Positions 41,208 to 51,223 of a stretch of DNA of 64,000 bases are shown here, in pieces (position 1 is the first letter of the stretch; each line of letters starts with the position of its first letter). A model generated the notes under the pieces. The model made no database searches, was not told the origin of the DNA, and saw only the letters and a program-made list of their open reading frames with translations. Both the position numbers and the translations under genes were made by a program. The stretch is from Deltaproteobacteria bacterium (GTDB taxonomy: Bacteria; Desulfobacterota; Deferrimicrobia; Deferrimicrobiales; Deferrimicrobiaceae). The stretch covers positions 9,722 to 73,721 of the forward strand of contig JAKALO010000001.1 of assembly GCA_021824125.1 (NCBI GenBank), read 5' to 3'.

Positions 41208-42680
41208 ATGCACGTCCGCTTCGTCTATCCCGTCGCCCTTTCCTGCCTCATCCTCCTGTGCGCCCCGCAAGTCGCGGCGCCGGCGGAAAGGGCGGCGATC
41301 TACCCCGGAACGCCGGGGCCGGAAATCGATTCCCATATTCTATTCGAGACCGTCTTCCCGCTCAATGAACTCCTTCCGTCGCGCTGGACCGCCGCGCAGC
41401 GGAAAGAAGTCGCCTACATCCTGGAGCGCATGAAAAAGGACAACCGGATCTTCATCCTCCTGCAGGTCGCGATCGACCCGATCGGCAGGAAGGAGGACAA
41501 CGAGCGGATGGGCATGGAGATATCCCAGGCCATCGCCGATCGGCTGCGGGAGTCCGGCATCCGGCGGGACCGGATCCTGGTCGTGCCGGCCGCGGTGGAC
41601 GTGAGACTCTTCGACGAACCGCGGTGGGGCGGCTTCGCCGGGCGGCAGAAGGCGGTCATCCGCGGACTTCGGGGGGGACCGTGGCTCCAGGTCCGTGAAA
41701 CCCCGGTGACCTTCCGCGAGGAGCTTCCCCCGGAGGGCGTTATCCGCATCATCGACCCGGTCGAGGAGAAAACCGACCACGCCCGCCACGTCCTGAGGGG
41801 AACCGCTGCCGAGGGGGTGCGCACGGTGTCCATCTCCGTCGGCCAGGAAACGAAGACCGCGACGGTCTACCAGGACGGATTCGAGGCGCCCGTGTCCCTG
41901 CAGGCCGGCGTGAACCACATCGTGGTCACCGGACTCGACCCGTACGGCCGCGCCTTGCGGGCATCCCGGGAGATACTGTACACGCCCCCCAAACCCTCCA
42001 TCGTGCTGACCTCCCCGCCCGCGGGCTCCGTGGTCGACATCACGCGCTCCCCGGTCGTCGCGGTGCGCGGGAAAATAAGGAGCCGGAACCCCCTTGCGAC
42101 CGCGTACCTGATCCAGAACGACATCCCGCTCCGCCTCCGCATCGGGGAGGACGGATCCTTCGAGCAACCCGCGGCTCTCATCACGGACGAGGACGTCTTC
42201 ACGGTCGAGGCACAGGACCTGGAAGGGCGCACCGGGGTCAGCGAGCAGCGGAAGGTCGGCGCGCGTGGGATCGCCGAGCGGCCGCTCATGGCGATTCTTT
42301 ACTGGGACGAGGACGACATAGATATCGACCTCCACATCGTCGACGCGAAGGAGTTCCACACCTATTTCGACGCGCCCGACATCTACGAAAGCGCCACCGC
42401 CATCCAGGAAGGAAAGCTTCTCCTGGACAACCGCAAGGGGTTCGGGCCCGAGGTCTTCACGATAGACAGGAACGTACCCGGGGTCTTCACCTTCTCGGCT
42501 GAATATTACCGCGGGAAAAAGGCGTGCCGCGTCTACCTGACCGTCGTGCTGTTCGCCGGCTCGCCCTCCCGCAAGATCGTACGCGTCTTCGGCCCCATCG
42601 TGCTTTCCCCGGCGAAGCGGACCGCACGGCTGGTACAGGTGTCGCTTCCGGGGGGAAACATAGTGGAGTTGCCACACTAA
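41208..42680 (+). CDS. Secreted protein with a C-terminal YfaP/DUF2135-like domain
   Basis: 490 aa with a signal peptide. The C-terminal ~120 aa resemble DUF2135 as I recall it; this is unverified. GAAGGAG SD. Confidence 0.5.
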   Translation: MHVRFVYPVALSCLILLCAPQVAAPAERAAIYPGTPGPEIDSHILFETVFPLNELLPSRWTAAQRKEVAYILERMKKDNRIFILLQVAIDPIGRKEDNERMGMEISQAIADRLRESGIRRDRILVVPAAVDVRLFDEPRWGGFAGRQKAVIRGLRGGPWLQVRETPVTFREELPPEGVIRIIDPVEEKTDHARHVLRGTAAEGVRTVSISVGQETKTATVYQDGFEAPVSLQAGVNHIVVTGLDPYGRALRASREILYTPPKPSIVLTSPPAGSVVDITRSPVVAVRGKIRSRNPLATAYLIQNDIPLRLRIGEDGSFEQPAALITDEDVFTVEAQDLEGRTGVSEQRKVGARGIAERPLMAILYWDEDDIDIDLHIVDAKEFHTYFDAPDIYESATAIQEGKLLLDNRKGFGPEVFTIDRNVPGVFTFSAEYYRGKKACRVYLTVVLFAGSPSRKIVRVFGPIVLSPAKRTARLVQVSLPGGNIVELPH

Positions 42681-42698
42681 CCGGTTCGAGGAGAAACC

Positions 42699-43211
42699 AT
42701 GAGGCGATCCGCCGCAACCATCGTGCTCTTCATCTGCCTGTTCCTCCCCTCCGCGATCATGGCGGCGGAGGAATCCCTTGAAGCGGTCGAAACCGACCTC
42801 GCCGCCGTCCTGAAGGAGATGGACGCGATGTCGTCCGAGCTCGACCGCATCGAGGAATTCACCGCCGCGCCCAAGGCCACGGCGCTACGCATCGAGATCC
42901 TGAAGGTCGGAGACCTTCCCGGACCGGTGTCCGGAAGGCTCCACCTGGGGGGAAGCGTGGAGCATGAAAAGGAGTGGTCGAGGTCGGAGCGGGATCTGTT
43001 CGCCGGCGGCGCCCCGCTCGTCCTGCAGGTCCCTGTTCTCCCCGGGGCATACGCCGGCCGCATCGAGGTCGCCCACCCCGCGTGGAAGACCACTCCCGCG
43101 GCCGATTTCCAGGCGAACGCGCGGAAAGGGGAGACGGTCGTTCTCAAGCTCCTTCTTGCCGCTCCGCCGGGGAAAGCCGATCCCGTCCTGTCGCAGGCGG
43201 CGGGGAAGTAA
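42699..43211 (+). CDS. Secreted hypothetical protein
   Basis: 170 aa with a signal peptide. No recognisable domain. Confidence 0.5.
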   Translation: MRRSAATIVLFICLFLPSAIMAAEESLEAVETDLAAVLKEMDAMSSELDRIEEFTAAPKATALRIEILKVGDLPGPVSGRLHLGGSVEHEKEWSRSERDLFAGGAPLVLQVPVLPGAYAGRIEVAHPAWKTTPAADFQANARKGETVVLKLLLAAPPGKADPVLSQAAGK

Positions 43212-43214
43212 ATC

Positions 43215-46200
43215 TTGAAGGCCGCCTGGCTGCGCACGATCACCGGGGCTCTGCTTGTCGCATCCCTGCTCCCGTGCGCGGGGGCGGCGGGCGGGGATTC
43301 GCCGGGGAGATTGCGGGCTGATTCACCCGAGGCGTTACTCGAACGCGGAATGCCGCTTCCCGCAAGCCGCGAGTTCCTCGTCCTCCCCCCCCCGTCGCGC
43401 GCGAAGTCCCCCCTCCTCCCGGAACTCATGCGACGCCTGTCCAGAGCCGGTTACGACAACGTCGCCCTTTCCCTGTTCGAGGAGACCGGCCCTCATCTTG
43501 CCGAACCTGTCCGTTCGGAGGCGTGCCTCGAAGCAGGCAGAATCCTCTGGCAACTCAAGGAATACGGGAAAGCGTCCGATGCGTTCCGAAAGGTATCCCG
43601 GAAGTCCGGGGCCGCACCCCTGGCCGCCTTCTACCAGGCGAGGCTCCTCGCCGCGGCGGGGAAAGCTCCCGCGGCGCTGCAGGCGCTGTCCGCCGCGCCG
43701 CAGGGCGGCAAAAGAAGCCTGCTCGAGGGCGAGATCGAGATGGCCAGGCAGAACCCCGGCGCTGCCCTGGCGGCCTGGGCCGGCGCGCCGTCCGGAACGG
43801 ACGCGGGATTCCTGGCGAGGCTCCTTTCGCTGTCCCGCGTGGAAAGCGGGGAAGGGATTCGGGAGCTCAAGGCCATCGCAGACAACGCGTCGACGGGGTC
43901 GTTCCCCCGGCAGGCGGCCGCCCGGAAGGCCCTCGCGTCCGCTCTCCTGGGAAGGAAGGATTACGACGGCATGTTGTCCACCGCGCTGAAAGCGCTCGAA
44001 ACCGCCGGGCGCTGGAAGACCGCCGCCGGAAAACCGCTCCAATGGGACGGGACGAGGGAAGGCGCGGCGCGATCGTGGAGATATCTTGCCTCCCTCTTTC
44101 CGTACGACGAGGATGCGCAGAAATTCCTGGCCGTCGGACACCGCTTCTTCGCCGCGACCGCCCTGTACGAAGGGTTGCAAGCCACGGAGGCGGACAGCCG
44201 GGATTTCACCCGCCGCCTGGCAGCCGCGATCGAAAGGGTCTCCCTCGAAGAGAAGGCCGTCGCCGTAAAGCGTTCGCGCGCGGAGGAAATCCGGAAGGAA
44301 ATGCTCGCACGTCGGCGTAAAGCGGTGGAGATGCGGGACCGGCTCCGGAACGCGGCCGGGTCCCTGGGGGTCGAAGCCTGGGGAAGCAGGACCGACCCTC
44401 GAAGAGCCGCCCTTATAGGAGAAACGGGCAGGAAGCTCGCGGCCTTCCGGGACCGCCTGGCCCGCGTTCGCGGGGCCGCGGCGGCGGCGACGGCGAGGGC
44501 TCGCGCGGAGTCCCTTCCGCCGGAAGACCTGAGGATGCTCTTCTACTCACAGGAGCAGGTCGCGAAGCTGGGGGACAGGCTTGACGCTCTCGAGGGGAAA
44601 ACCGCGTTCCTGCGCGTGATCATATGGAACCGCTGGAAATCGGAGTACGTGACACGTCTGTCCGTCCTTCTCGGCAAGGCGGAAGAAACCGCCAGGGCCC
44701 TCGGCGAGGCGGCCGACAGGGCGGGCAAGGCCGTTCCCCCGCTCCACGCGGAGCAGGACAACCTTCTGGCCTGGAAGAAATCGCTGGACCTGTTCCGGAA
44801 AAAGATCGTTTCCGGCGACGCGATCCTTGAAAGAGGGAAGGCGGCGGCGAAGGCCCGGGCGTTGGGCTCCCTTGCGGAGTCCGGACGGGAACTCCTCTAC
44901 GGGATATCCCGGGAAGAGCGCGGGATAAGGTATTTTGCCGCCCGGGCGTCCACCGAATGGCGGATCGAGGATTCGGAAAGGCAGCCTGGCGCCAAAGCGC
45001 TTCCCCCCCCGCGGCGCGCGGAACTGGGAAAGGAGGCGATCCGGCACTGGGAGGCGATCCTCCCTCCCCCGGGAGACCGCGACGATCCCGCCGACGAGAT
45101 CCTGTACGCGTTGGCGGAGCTGAGATTCGAGCAGGAGGAAGCCAGGTTTTTACAAAAGGAGGAAGCAGGCAGTCAGCCCCCCGATTACTCGGCACCCCGG
45201 GCCTTGTTCCGCAGGGTGATCGAAGAGTTCCCGGGAAGCCCCTACACCGAGCATGCGCTATACGGGCTCGCGCTTTCCTGGCAGGAGGAGGGCGCCGTGG
45301 ACAACGCCACCGCCGCCATGAAGGGACTTCTCGCCAGGTTCCCCGGAACCCGCTACGCCGACGAGATCCATCTTCGCCTCGGCGAGTACGCGTTCGACGA
45401 ATACGAGTTCGGGAGGGCCGAGGAGTTCTACCGGAAGGTATCCCGGGAAGCACCCCCCGAGATCCGCGTAACCGCCCTCTTCAAGCTCGGGTGGTCGCTG
45501 TTCCTCCAGGGAAGGCCCGGGGAAGCGGTGGACCCCTTCCTCGCAGGCCTCCTGCTTTCCCCCGCCGCACGGAAAACGGGGGGTGTTCCCCGGGAAGCGC
45601 TCGCCATGCTGGCCCGCTCCCTTGTCGAAGCCGGCATGGAGAAGGAAACGGAAACGCTCCTTGCGCGGCGGGACGCCTCCGGGCATGGACCGGCCGTGCT
45701 CATTGAGATCCAGCGCATCCTTGACGGCCAGAACCGGTACGACGAGGCGACGGCGTTCGCCGACCGGCTCGGAAGCGCGTACCCCTACGCGGCGGAGCGA
45801 CTGGACGCCGAACTCGTCGCGGCGGAAGCGCTCCGGAAAACGGGGAAGGACGACGAGAGCCACGCGCGGCGGGGAAATTTCCACAAGGTCTTCGGGCCCC
45901 GAAGCGCATGGCAGAAATCTTCCGCGAGGAGTCCCGTGGAATCGGCGCGGGCCAACACGGTTTCCGAGGAGGGACTGCGAAGCTCCGCCTTTTACTTCCA
46001 TGCCCGCTCGCGGCAGTCCCCGCCGGGGGACCGTGGGACGATCCTTGGTCTTTATGATGCCCACCTTTCGCTTTTCCCCTCCTCCCCCATGACCGGGGAA
46101 ATCGCTTACCAGCGGGCATGGCTGCTTTTCGAGGACGGGAAAAAAGGCGAGGCGAAAACGGCCTTCGAAGCCGTTGCGCTTCTGCCGGGGGGAACCCGGG

Positions 46201-47642
46201 GTGAGGCCTCCTGGTACATGGCCGTCCAGTGCGCCAAGGACGTTTCCTCGATTACGGACGCCGCTTCGCAGGGCGAGGTGGTCCGCCTCAGTCGTGAGTA
46301 CGAGCGGTTCTTCCCCGGCGGGGAGCGCCTCTATTCTTCCCTCATGGACCGCGCGCGGGCGCACATGAACCTGCGCCGGTTCGACGAGGCGGCAAGGGCG
46401 TCGGAACGCTCCGCCACCCTTGCCAAGTCACCCCCCGAGCTCCGCGCGGCGCTCCGTCTGGCGGGAGACGCCCGGTTCGAGAGGGAGGAGTACGGGGAGT
46501 CGGAAAAGGCCTTCCGCGCTCTGCTCGCGGCGGACCCGCCGCCGGAAGAGGCAAAGGAGGCGGAGAAATGGGTCGGTTTTTCGATGTTCCGCCGGGCGGA
46601 AAAAATGCCCGCGGAAAAGGCGGGCGACGCGGCGGCGCTTTTCGCACGCGTGGACGAGGAATTCCCCTCCCTGGAGATCGCGCCGACCGCCCGCTTCCGC
46701 GCGGGAACGTCGTACGCATCGGCGGGCAGGCCCGCGGAGGCGATCGCGGCGTTCCTTTCCCTGGAGTCTCCGCGCGACGACTCCCCCCTTTCCCTGGATT
46801 CGACCAGGTGGCTGGCGCGGATATACGAAAAATCCGGCGATAACGTCGCATCCGCGGTTCGTTACGAGCGCCTCGCCGCCGTCGAACGGAACCCCGAGGA
46901 AAGGATAAAGATTCTCCTGAAAACCGCCGATCTGTTCTCCATGGGAAAGGACGAGCCGCGAGCGAGGAAAAACCTCCTGGCAGTCGCGTCCATGCCGGGC
47001 GCCCCACCCGACCTGCGGGTCCGGACCCTGTTTCGGGCCGGGGAGAGCGCCTTGATGGAAGGGAAGCCCGAGGAGGCGGAACGGCATTACAGGGAAACGG
47101 TCGCGGCGCACCGCGCCGCCCCGGAAACCTCGCCGGAGGTTGCCGGGAAAGCGCTCTTCCGGATGGCCGAGTCCCGTTTCGCGAGTTACCAGGCACTCAA
47201 GATCGCCCCGCCGCTCGAAAAAACATTCGTGGCCAAGCAGAACTCCCTGGAGGAATGCGCGAAACTATACCTCGAAGCGATCTCCCTGGGCGATGCCGTG
47301 ACGGTGTCGTCGTCGCTTCACCGTCTCGGTGAGGCGTTCGAGGACTTCCGGTCCGCAATCCTCGCCTCCCCTCCCCCGAAAAGGATGTCCGACCGGGAGC
47401 GCGAGGAGTACGTTTTCCTCCTTGAAGAAAAGGCGGCCCCCCTCGAGGAAAAGGCGGTGGAGGCCTACCAGAGGAACCTCCGGCAGGCGGTCGCGGCGGA
47501 TACCCGGTCCGACTGGGTGGAAAAGAGCCTCCGGAGACTGAAAACCCTTCGTCCCGCCCGTTTCGGGAAGAAAGGTGAATATTCCTTTCCCGTGGTGACC
47601 GTCCCCGACTTCCGGGGGATGATCGAGAGGAGCACCCGGTGA
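43215..47642 (+). CDS. Giant secreted TPR-repeat protein (GltD/AgmU/NfsD-like)
   Basis: 1475 aa, TTG start, signal peptide, TPR-like helical repeats and coiled-coil stretches. GTGA overlap with the next gene. Confidence 0.7.
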   Translation: MKAAWLRTITGALLVASLLPCAGAAGGDSPGRLRADSPEALLERGMPLPASREFLVLPPPSRAKSPLLPELMRRLSRAGYDNVALSLFEETGPHLAEPVRSEACLEAGRILWQLKEYGKASDAFRKVSRKSGAAPLAAFYQARLLAAAGKAPAALQALSAAPQGGKRSLLEGEIEMARQNPGAALAAWAGAPSGTDAGFLARLLSLSRVESGEGIRELKAIADNASTGSFPRQAAARKALASALLGRKDYDGMLSTALKALETAGRWKTAAGKPLQWDGTREGAARSWRYLASLFPYDEDAQKFLAVGHRFFAATALYEGLQATEADSRDFTRRLAAAIERVSLEEKAVAVKRSRAEEIRKEMLARRRKAVEMRDRLRNAAGSLGVEAWGSRTDPRRAALIGETGRKLAAFRDRLARVRGAAAAATARARAESLPPEDLRMLFYSQEQVAKLGDRLDALEGKTAFLRVIIWNRWKSEYVTRLSVLLGKAEETARALGEAADRAGKAVPPLHAEQDNLLAWKKSLDLFRKKIVSGDAILERGKAAAKARALGSLAESGRELLYGISREERGIRYFAARASTEWRIEDSERQPGAKALPPPRRAELGKEAIRHWEAILPPPGDRDDPADEILYALAELRFEQEEARFLQKEEAGSQPPDYSAPRALFRRVIEEFPGSPYTEHALYGLALSWQEEGAVDNATAAMKGLLARFPGTRYADEIHLRLGEYAFDEYEFGRAEEFYRKVSREAPPEIRVTALFKLGWSLFLQGRPGEAVDPFLAGLLLSPAARKTGGVPREALAMLARSLVEAGMEKETETLLARRDASGHGPAVLIEIQRILDGQNRYDEATAFADRLGSAYPYAAERLDAELVAAEALRKTGKDDESHARRGNFHKVFGPRSAWQKSSARSPVESARANTVSEEGLRSSAFYFHARSRQSPPGDRGTILGLYDAHLSLFPSSPMTGEIAYQRAWLLFEDGKKGEAKTAFEAVALLPGGTRGEASWYMAVQCAKDVSSITDAASQGEVVRLSREYERFFPGGERLYSSLMDRARAHMNLRRFDEAARASERSATLAKSPPELRAALRLAGDARFEREEYGESEKAFRALLAADPPPEEAKEAEKWVGFSMFRRAEKMPAEKAGDAAALFARVDEEFPSLEIAPTARFRAGTSYASAGRPAEAIAAFLSLESPRDDSPLSLDSTRWLARIYEKSGDNVASAVRYERLAAVERNPEERIKILLKTADLFSMGKDEPRARKNLLAVASMPGAPPDLRVRTLFRAGESALMEGKPEEAERHYRETVAAHRAAPETSPEVAGKALFRMAESRFASYQALKIAPPLEKTFVAKQNSLEECAKLYLEAISLGDAVTVSSSLHRLGEAFEDFRSAILASPPPKRMSDREREEYVFLLEEKAAPLEEKAVEAYQRNLRQAVAADTRSDWVEKSLRRLKTLRPARFGKKGEYSFPVVTVPDFRGMIERSTR

Positions 47643-48823
47643 GAGAGAGCGCCGCCCTTCTTGGAGCAATCGTGGCCGCCCTTGCGCTTTCCTCGTGCGC
47701 AACGCAGAAGATCGTTCTGGCGCCGACCCCGTCGGTGGAGGCCCGGAAGGAGCCTTCCTTGCCTTCCGCCCGCGTGGACGCCGTCAAGGCAACCCCGGTT
47801 CCCGTGCCGACCCCCTCCAAACCGGCGCCGGATTATTCCCGGATGTATTCGGAAGCAATCTCCCGCACAAAGGAGGCTTTCCAGCGAGGCTCGGTGAAGG
47901 AGGCGATCCCCCTCTGGAAAGCGCTTGAGGAGAGTCCCTGGCATGGTGAAGCCGTTTTCCATCAAGGGATTATCCTTCACCTCGCCGGGGACCTCGAGGG
48001 AGCGGCCGCCGCCTATCGCCGTGTCGGGGATCTTCCCCCCGTCTACGAGCCCGCCGCCGCCAACCTCCTGGGGATCTACCTCCTTCGCGGGAACCTCCGC
48101 GAGGCCCGCATCCTGGTGGACCGGTTATTGCCGCCGGGATCCGAGCCGGCCCCCGGCATGCTCCCCGAGCTGCAGTCCAACATCGGGGCGGCGCTGGTGG
48201 AATTCCGCGATCCCGACAGGGCGGCGCGCATTTTCCTCGCGATGCAAGCCAAGGGAATCGCCCCTCCCTCGGTCTCCTGGAACATGGCGGTCCTTGCATA
48301 CCGGAACGGAGACGTGGTGACCGCCCGCCGGATGGCGTCTATGGTCCCGTCCGAGGTCGGAAGTCTTTGGCCCGTCATCGCGTCGCGTTTCGCCTGGGAG
48401 AGGGAGTCCGGCAAGGTCCCGCCGCCGGGCGACGTGCCCGCCGCGGAGCGGAGGATCTCCGCGCTCGCCTGGAACCTCGCGGCTTTCGATGAATACAGGA
48501 AAGGGAACCTCCAGGGAGCGGAGGGCATCCTCGCGCGGAACAAGGAGAATAATGCCCATGTCAGTGAAATAGTCAGCAATCTCGGGCTGATGCAACTGGA
48601 ACAGGGGAAGTGGAAGGAAGCGCGGGAAAACCTGGAGAAAGCGGTGGGGGACGACCCGGGACTGCCGGAGGGATGGCTCAACCTCGGCGTCTACCGGGAG
48701 GTATACGAGGGCAATCCGTCGGAAGCGCTGAAGTGTTTCAATCGTTATGTTATGCTTAACGGTTCGAGGAAGGACGAGGTCAGGCAGTGGATCGAGTGGC
48801 TCCAAAAACCCTCGCCGCGGTAG
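47639..48823 (+). CDS. TPR-repeat lipoprotein (GltE/AglT/NfsE-like)
   Basis: 394 aa with lipobox LALSSC followed by TPR units. Confidence 0.7.
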   Translation: MRESAALLGAIVAALALSSCATQKIVLAPTPSVEARKEPSLPSARVDAVKATPVPVPTPSKPAPDYSRMYSEAISRTKEAFQRGSVKEAIPLWKALEESPWHGEAVFHQGIILHLAGDLEGAAAAYRRVGDLPPVYEPAAANLLGIYLLRGNLREARILVDRLLPPGSEPAPGMLPELQSNIGAALVEFRDPDRAARIFLAMQAKGIAPPSVSWNMAVLAYRNGDVVTARRMASMVPSEVGSLWPVIASRFAWERESGKVPPPGDVPAAERRISALAWNLAAFDEYRKGNLQGAEGILARNKENNAHVSEIVSNLGLMQLEQGKWKEARENLEKAVGDDPGLPEGWLNLGVYREVYEGNPSEALKCFNRYVMLNGSRKDEVRQWIEWLQKPSPR

Positions 48824-49083
48824 CGGTAATCCTTCTGCTCGCGGTTTCTCCCGCGCCCGGGGAAACGGGGAAGGATAGGTCGCCGGCCAAGGGGGCGGGA
48901 AAGACGGACGGTAAAGCGGTCCATCGCCTGGACGAGGTCCGGATCCTGGGCAGCGTCGAACATCCAGGCATCCTCTTCTTCCTTCCCCGCGCGAAATTCC
49001 GGCTCCTTCCGGTCCGGGAGGAGCATGGCCCGAGGGAACGCATCCTCCGGACCGACCGGGGAAACGAGGAGATTCCGGAATGA
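48787..49083 (+). CDS. Small secreted/membrane protein (GltF/NfsF-position ORF)
   Basis: 98-aa ORF with a GTG start. Overlaps the preceding gene by 37 nt and the next by ATGA. Confidence 0.4.
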   Translation: MDRVAPKTLAAVAVILLLAVSPAPGETGKDRSPAKGAGKTDGKAVHRLDEVRILGSVEHPGILFFLPRAKFRLLPVREEHGPRERILRTDRGNEEIPE

Positions 49084-50003
49084 ACGGGGAGCTCCGTCTC
49101 GAAGGGCTGGCGATACCCCCGTGTTCCGTTCAGCAGCGGTTCCTCCGCTTCGCGCTCCTGATGTCGATCACCCTTCACGCAGCCGGCATTCTCACCTCCC
49201 CCTACTGGAACACGCGTCCGGCGGCGCGGGAGGAACTCATGATGGTCGACATCGCGGACATTCCGGCCGCGGAAATGCCGAAGATCCCCGAGATCCCGTT
49301 CACGGCGCCTCCGCCGCCCTCGCCGGCGGAAGCCCATCCCGCGCCGAAAGAGGCTGGCCCCCTCCCCGCGCAGCCGCCTCCGCCACCGACGCGCGAGATG
49401 ATACGGGAAAAGATCGCCACGCGCGGGCTCCTTAAGGTGCTATCCCCGGGAAAAGCCGGAGAGGCGGTCGCCGGCGCCGACCCGTTCGCAGGCATAAAGA
49501 TCCCGAGGGAAATCCGCGTCGCATCGAGGGAACCCGCCACGTCGAACGCATACGAGGTTTCCCGGCAGGATGCGGAGCCGCCCAGGGAAAAAGCCCACGG
49601 CATAGGCAACCAGGTGGCGTCGTCGACGCGGGCGGGCCGTGCCCTCTCCTCCCGGGTGTTCCGGACCGACGCGGGCCTGGAGGGCGAGATCAGCGGCGGG
49701 ATCGAGGACGAAAACCGCGACTCCGGGGTGATCGCGTCAACCGTAAGCCAGTACCGCAGCGGGATCAAATACGCCTACAACAAGGAACTCCTGAAAAACC
49801 CCTCCTTGAGCGGAAAGATCGTCGTGGCTTTCGTCATCCTGCCGAACGGTTCGGTGCAATCCGCGGAGATCCGCCAAAGCAGCGTAAACTGGCCTCCCCT
49901 CGAAGACGCCGTGCTGAAAAGGCTCCAGCACTGGAAATTCCCGAAATCGAAAGGGACCCCGGTGCGGGTCGTGTTTCCCTTCGTGTTCCATCCAGAGATG
50001 TGA
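49080..50003 (+). CDS. TonB C-terminal-domain protein (GltG/PglI/NfsG-like)
   Basis: 307 aa with an N-terminal TM helix, a Pro-rich spacer and a C-terminal TonB-C-like domain. Confidence 0.7.
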   Translation: MNGELRLEGLAIPPCSVQQRFLRFALLMSITLHAAGILTSPYWNTRPAAREELMMVDIADIPAAEMPKIPEIPFTAPPPPSPAEAHPAPKEAGPLPAQPPPPPTREMIREKIATRGLLKVLSPGKAGEAVAGADPFAGIKIPREIRVASREPATSNAYEVSRQDAEPPREKAHGIGNQVASSTRAGRALSSRVFRTDAGLEGEISGGIEDENRDSGVIASTVSQYRSGIKYAYNKELLKNPSLSGKIVVAFVILPNGSVQSAEIRQSSVNWPPLEDAVLKRLQHWKFPKSKGTPVRVVFPFVFHPEM

Positions 50004-51184
50004 CCGCCAGCGTGGAAAAGATCCGGGTCTACACCTGGTTTCCTGCCCTGGTCGTCCTTGCGGCCTTGTGTGCCGCGGACTTCCCCGCCCACGCCGCCGA
50101 TAAGCAGCGACCCGGCCGGAGCCGGAAGTCCCGGAAGGCCCCGCCAAGACCCGCGGTCGGGGGGGTGGCGGACTATTTCTTCGAGGACGCACCTCTCCCC
50201 GACTCCGTGACAGGGGTTCCGCCGGTCGAGGCGTCCGTGAGCGACGTGGATCAAGCACGCCCGTCCCCGGGCGGGCCGGTTCCGCCCCCTGCCTGCGACC
50301 GTACGCCGAATCCGTGCGAGCGCCTCTCGTGGGTCGAGCAGGTGATGTCGATCCGCGACCGGAAGGCGATCCCGCACCTCCGGGCGATGGCCGTCGACGA
50401 CGCCCACGAGCGCGTCCGTGAAAGGAGTCTGGGCGCCCTGGTGATCCTCGGGGACACCGGTGCGGCGCCTCTCTTCCTCGGCCGCCTCTCGGGCGACCCT
50501 TCCCCGGCGGTCAGGCGGGCCGCGGCCGAGGGGATCGGCCTGCTGAGGATACCCGTCCCCCCGGACAGCCTGGCGGAGCCGCTGATCAAGGATTCGAATC
50601 CGCTTGTCCGCGCCGAATGCGCCCGCGCGATCGGCCGGTCGGCCTTCGTCCAGGCGGGACCGGCACTCATGGTCGCCATCCTGAAGGACCCCTCCCCGGA
50701 AGTCCGGGCCCTCTCCGCAGAGGCGCTCGCCGGCATGAAGACCCCGTGGGGGACTGAAGCGCTGAAGCAGGCGGCGCGGGACGAGGACCCGATCGTACGC
50801 CTCTACGTCCTCCGGGGGCTCGTGGAATTCTCCCCGACCGCCGCCGGACCGCTGTTCAAGGAAGTGTGGGACACCACGAGCGACCCCGAGCTGCGCATCG
50901 AGGCCTTTCGCGGGCTCCTTCGCTCCGGGGAGGGGAAGAAGTGGAGCGAGTCCGGTCTCTCCGACAGCGATGCGCGGATCCGCTTCCTAGCCCTGCGGGA
51001 GTGGCTTTCAAACCTTAACTTCGATCCCCGGAATCCCTACACCCGCAACAACAACTTCCTCCCGCGGATCGAGCCGTTTCTCGCGGACTCCTCGCGGGGG
51101 ATCCGCGAACTCGCGAAGGGGTATCTCGAGAACCTGGGGTTCACGGTCCGCCAGTCCGGGTTCGTCTACATCCTCCAGAAGTAA
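50000..51184 (+). CDS. Secreted HEAT-repeat protein
   Basis: 394 aa, GTG start overlapping the upstream stop, signal peptide, multiple PBS-lyase HEAT-like repeats. Confidence 0.65.
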   Translation: MTASVEKIRVYTWFPALVVLAALCAADFPAHAADKQRPGRSRKSRKAPPRPAVGGVADYFFEDAPLPDSVTGVPPVEASVSDVDQARPSPGGPVPPPACDRTPNPCERLSWVEQVMSIRDRKAIPHLRAMAVDDAHERVRERSLGALVILGDTGAAPLFLGRLSGDPSPAVRRAAAEGIGLLRIPVPPDSLAEPLIKDSNPLVRAECARAIGRSAFVQAGPALMVAILKDPSPEVRALSAEALAGMKTPWGTEALKQAARDEDPIVRLYVLRGLVEFSPTAAGPLFKEVWDTTSDPELRIEAFRGLLRSGEGKKWSESGLSDSDARIRFLALREWLSNLNFDPRNPYTRNNNFLPRIEPFLADSSRGIRELAKGYLENLGFTVRQSGFVYILQK

Positions 51185-51223
51185 ACAAGTGCCACCCGTT
51201 ATTGGACCGGATATCGGTCCCAA

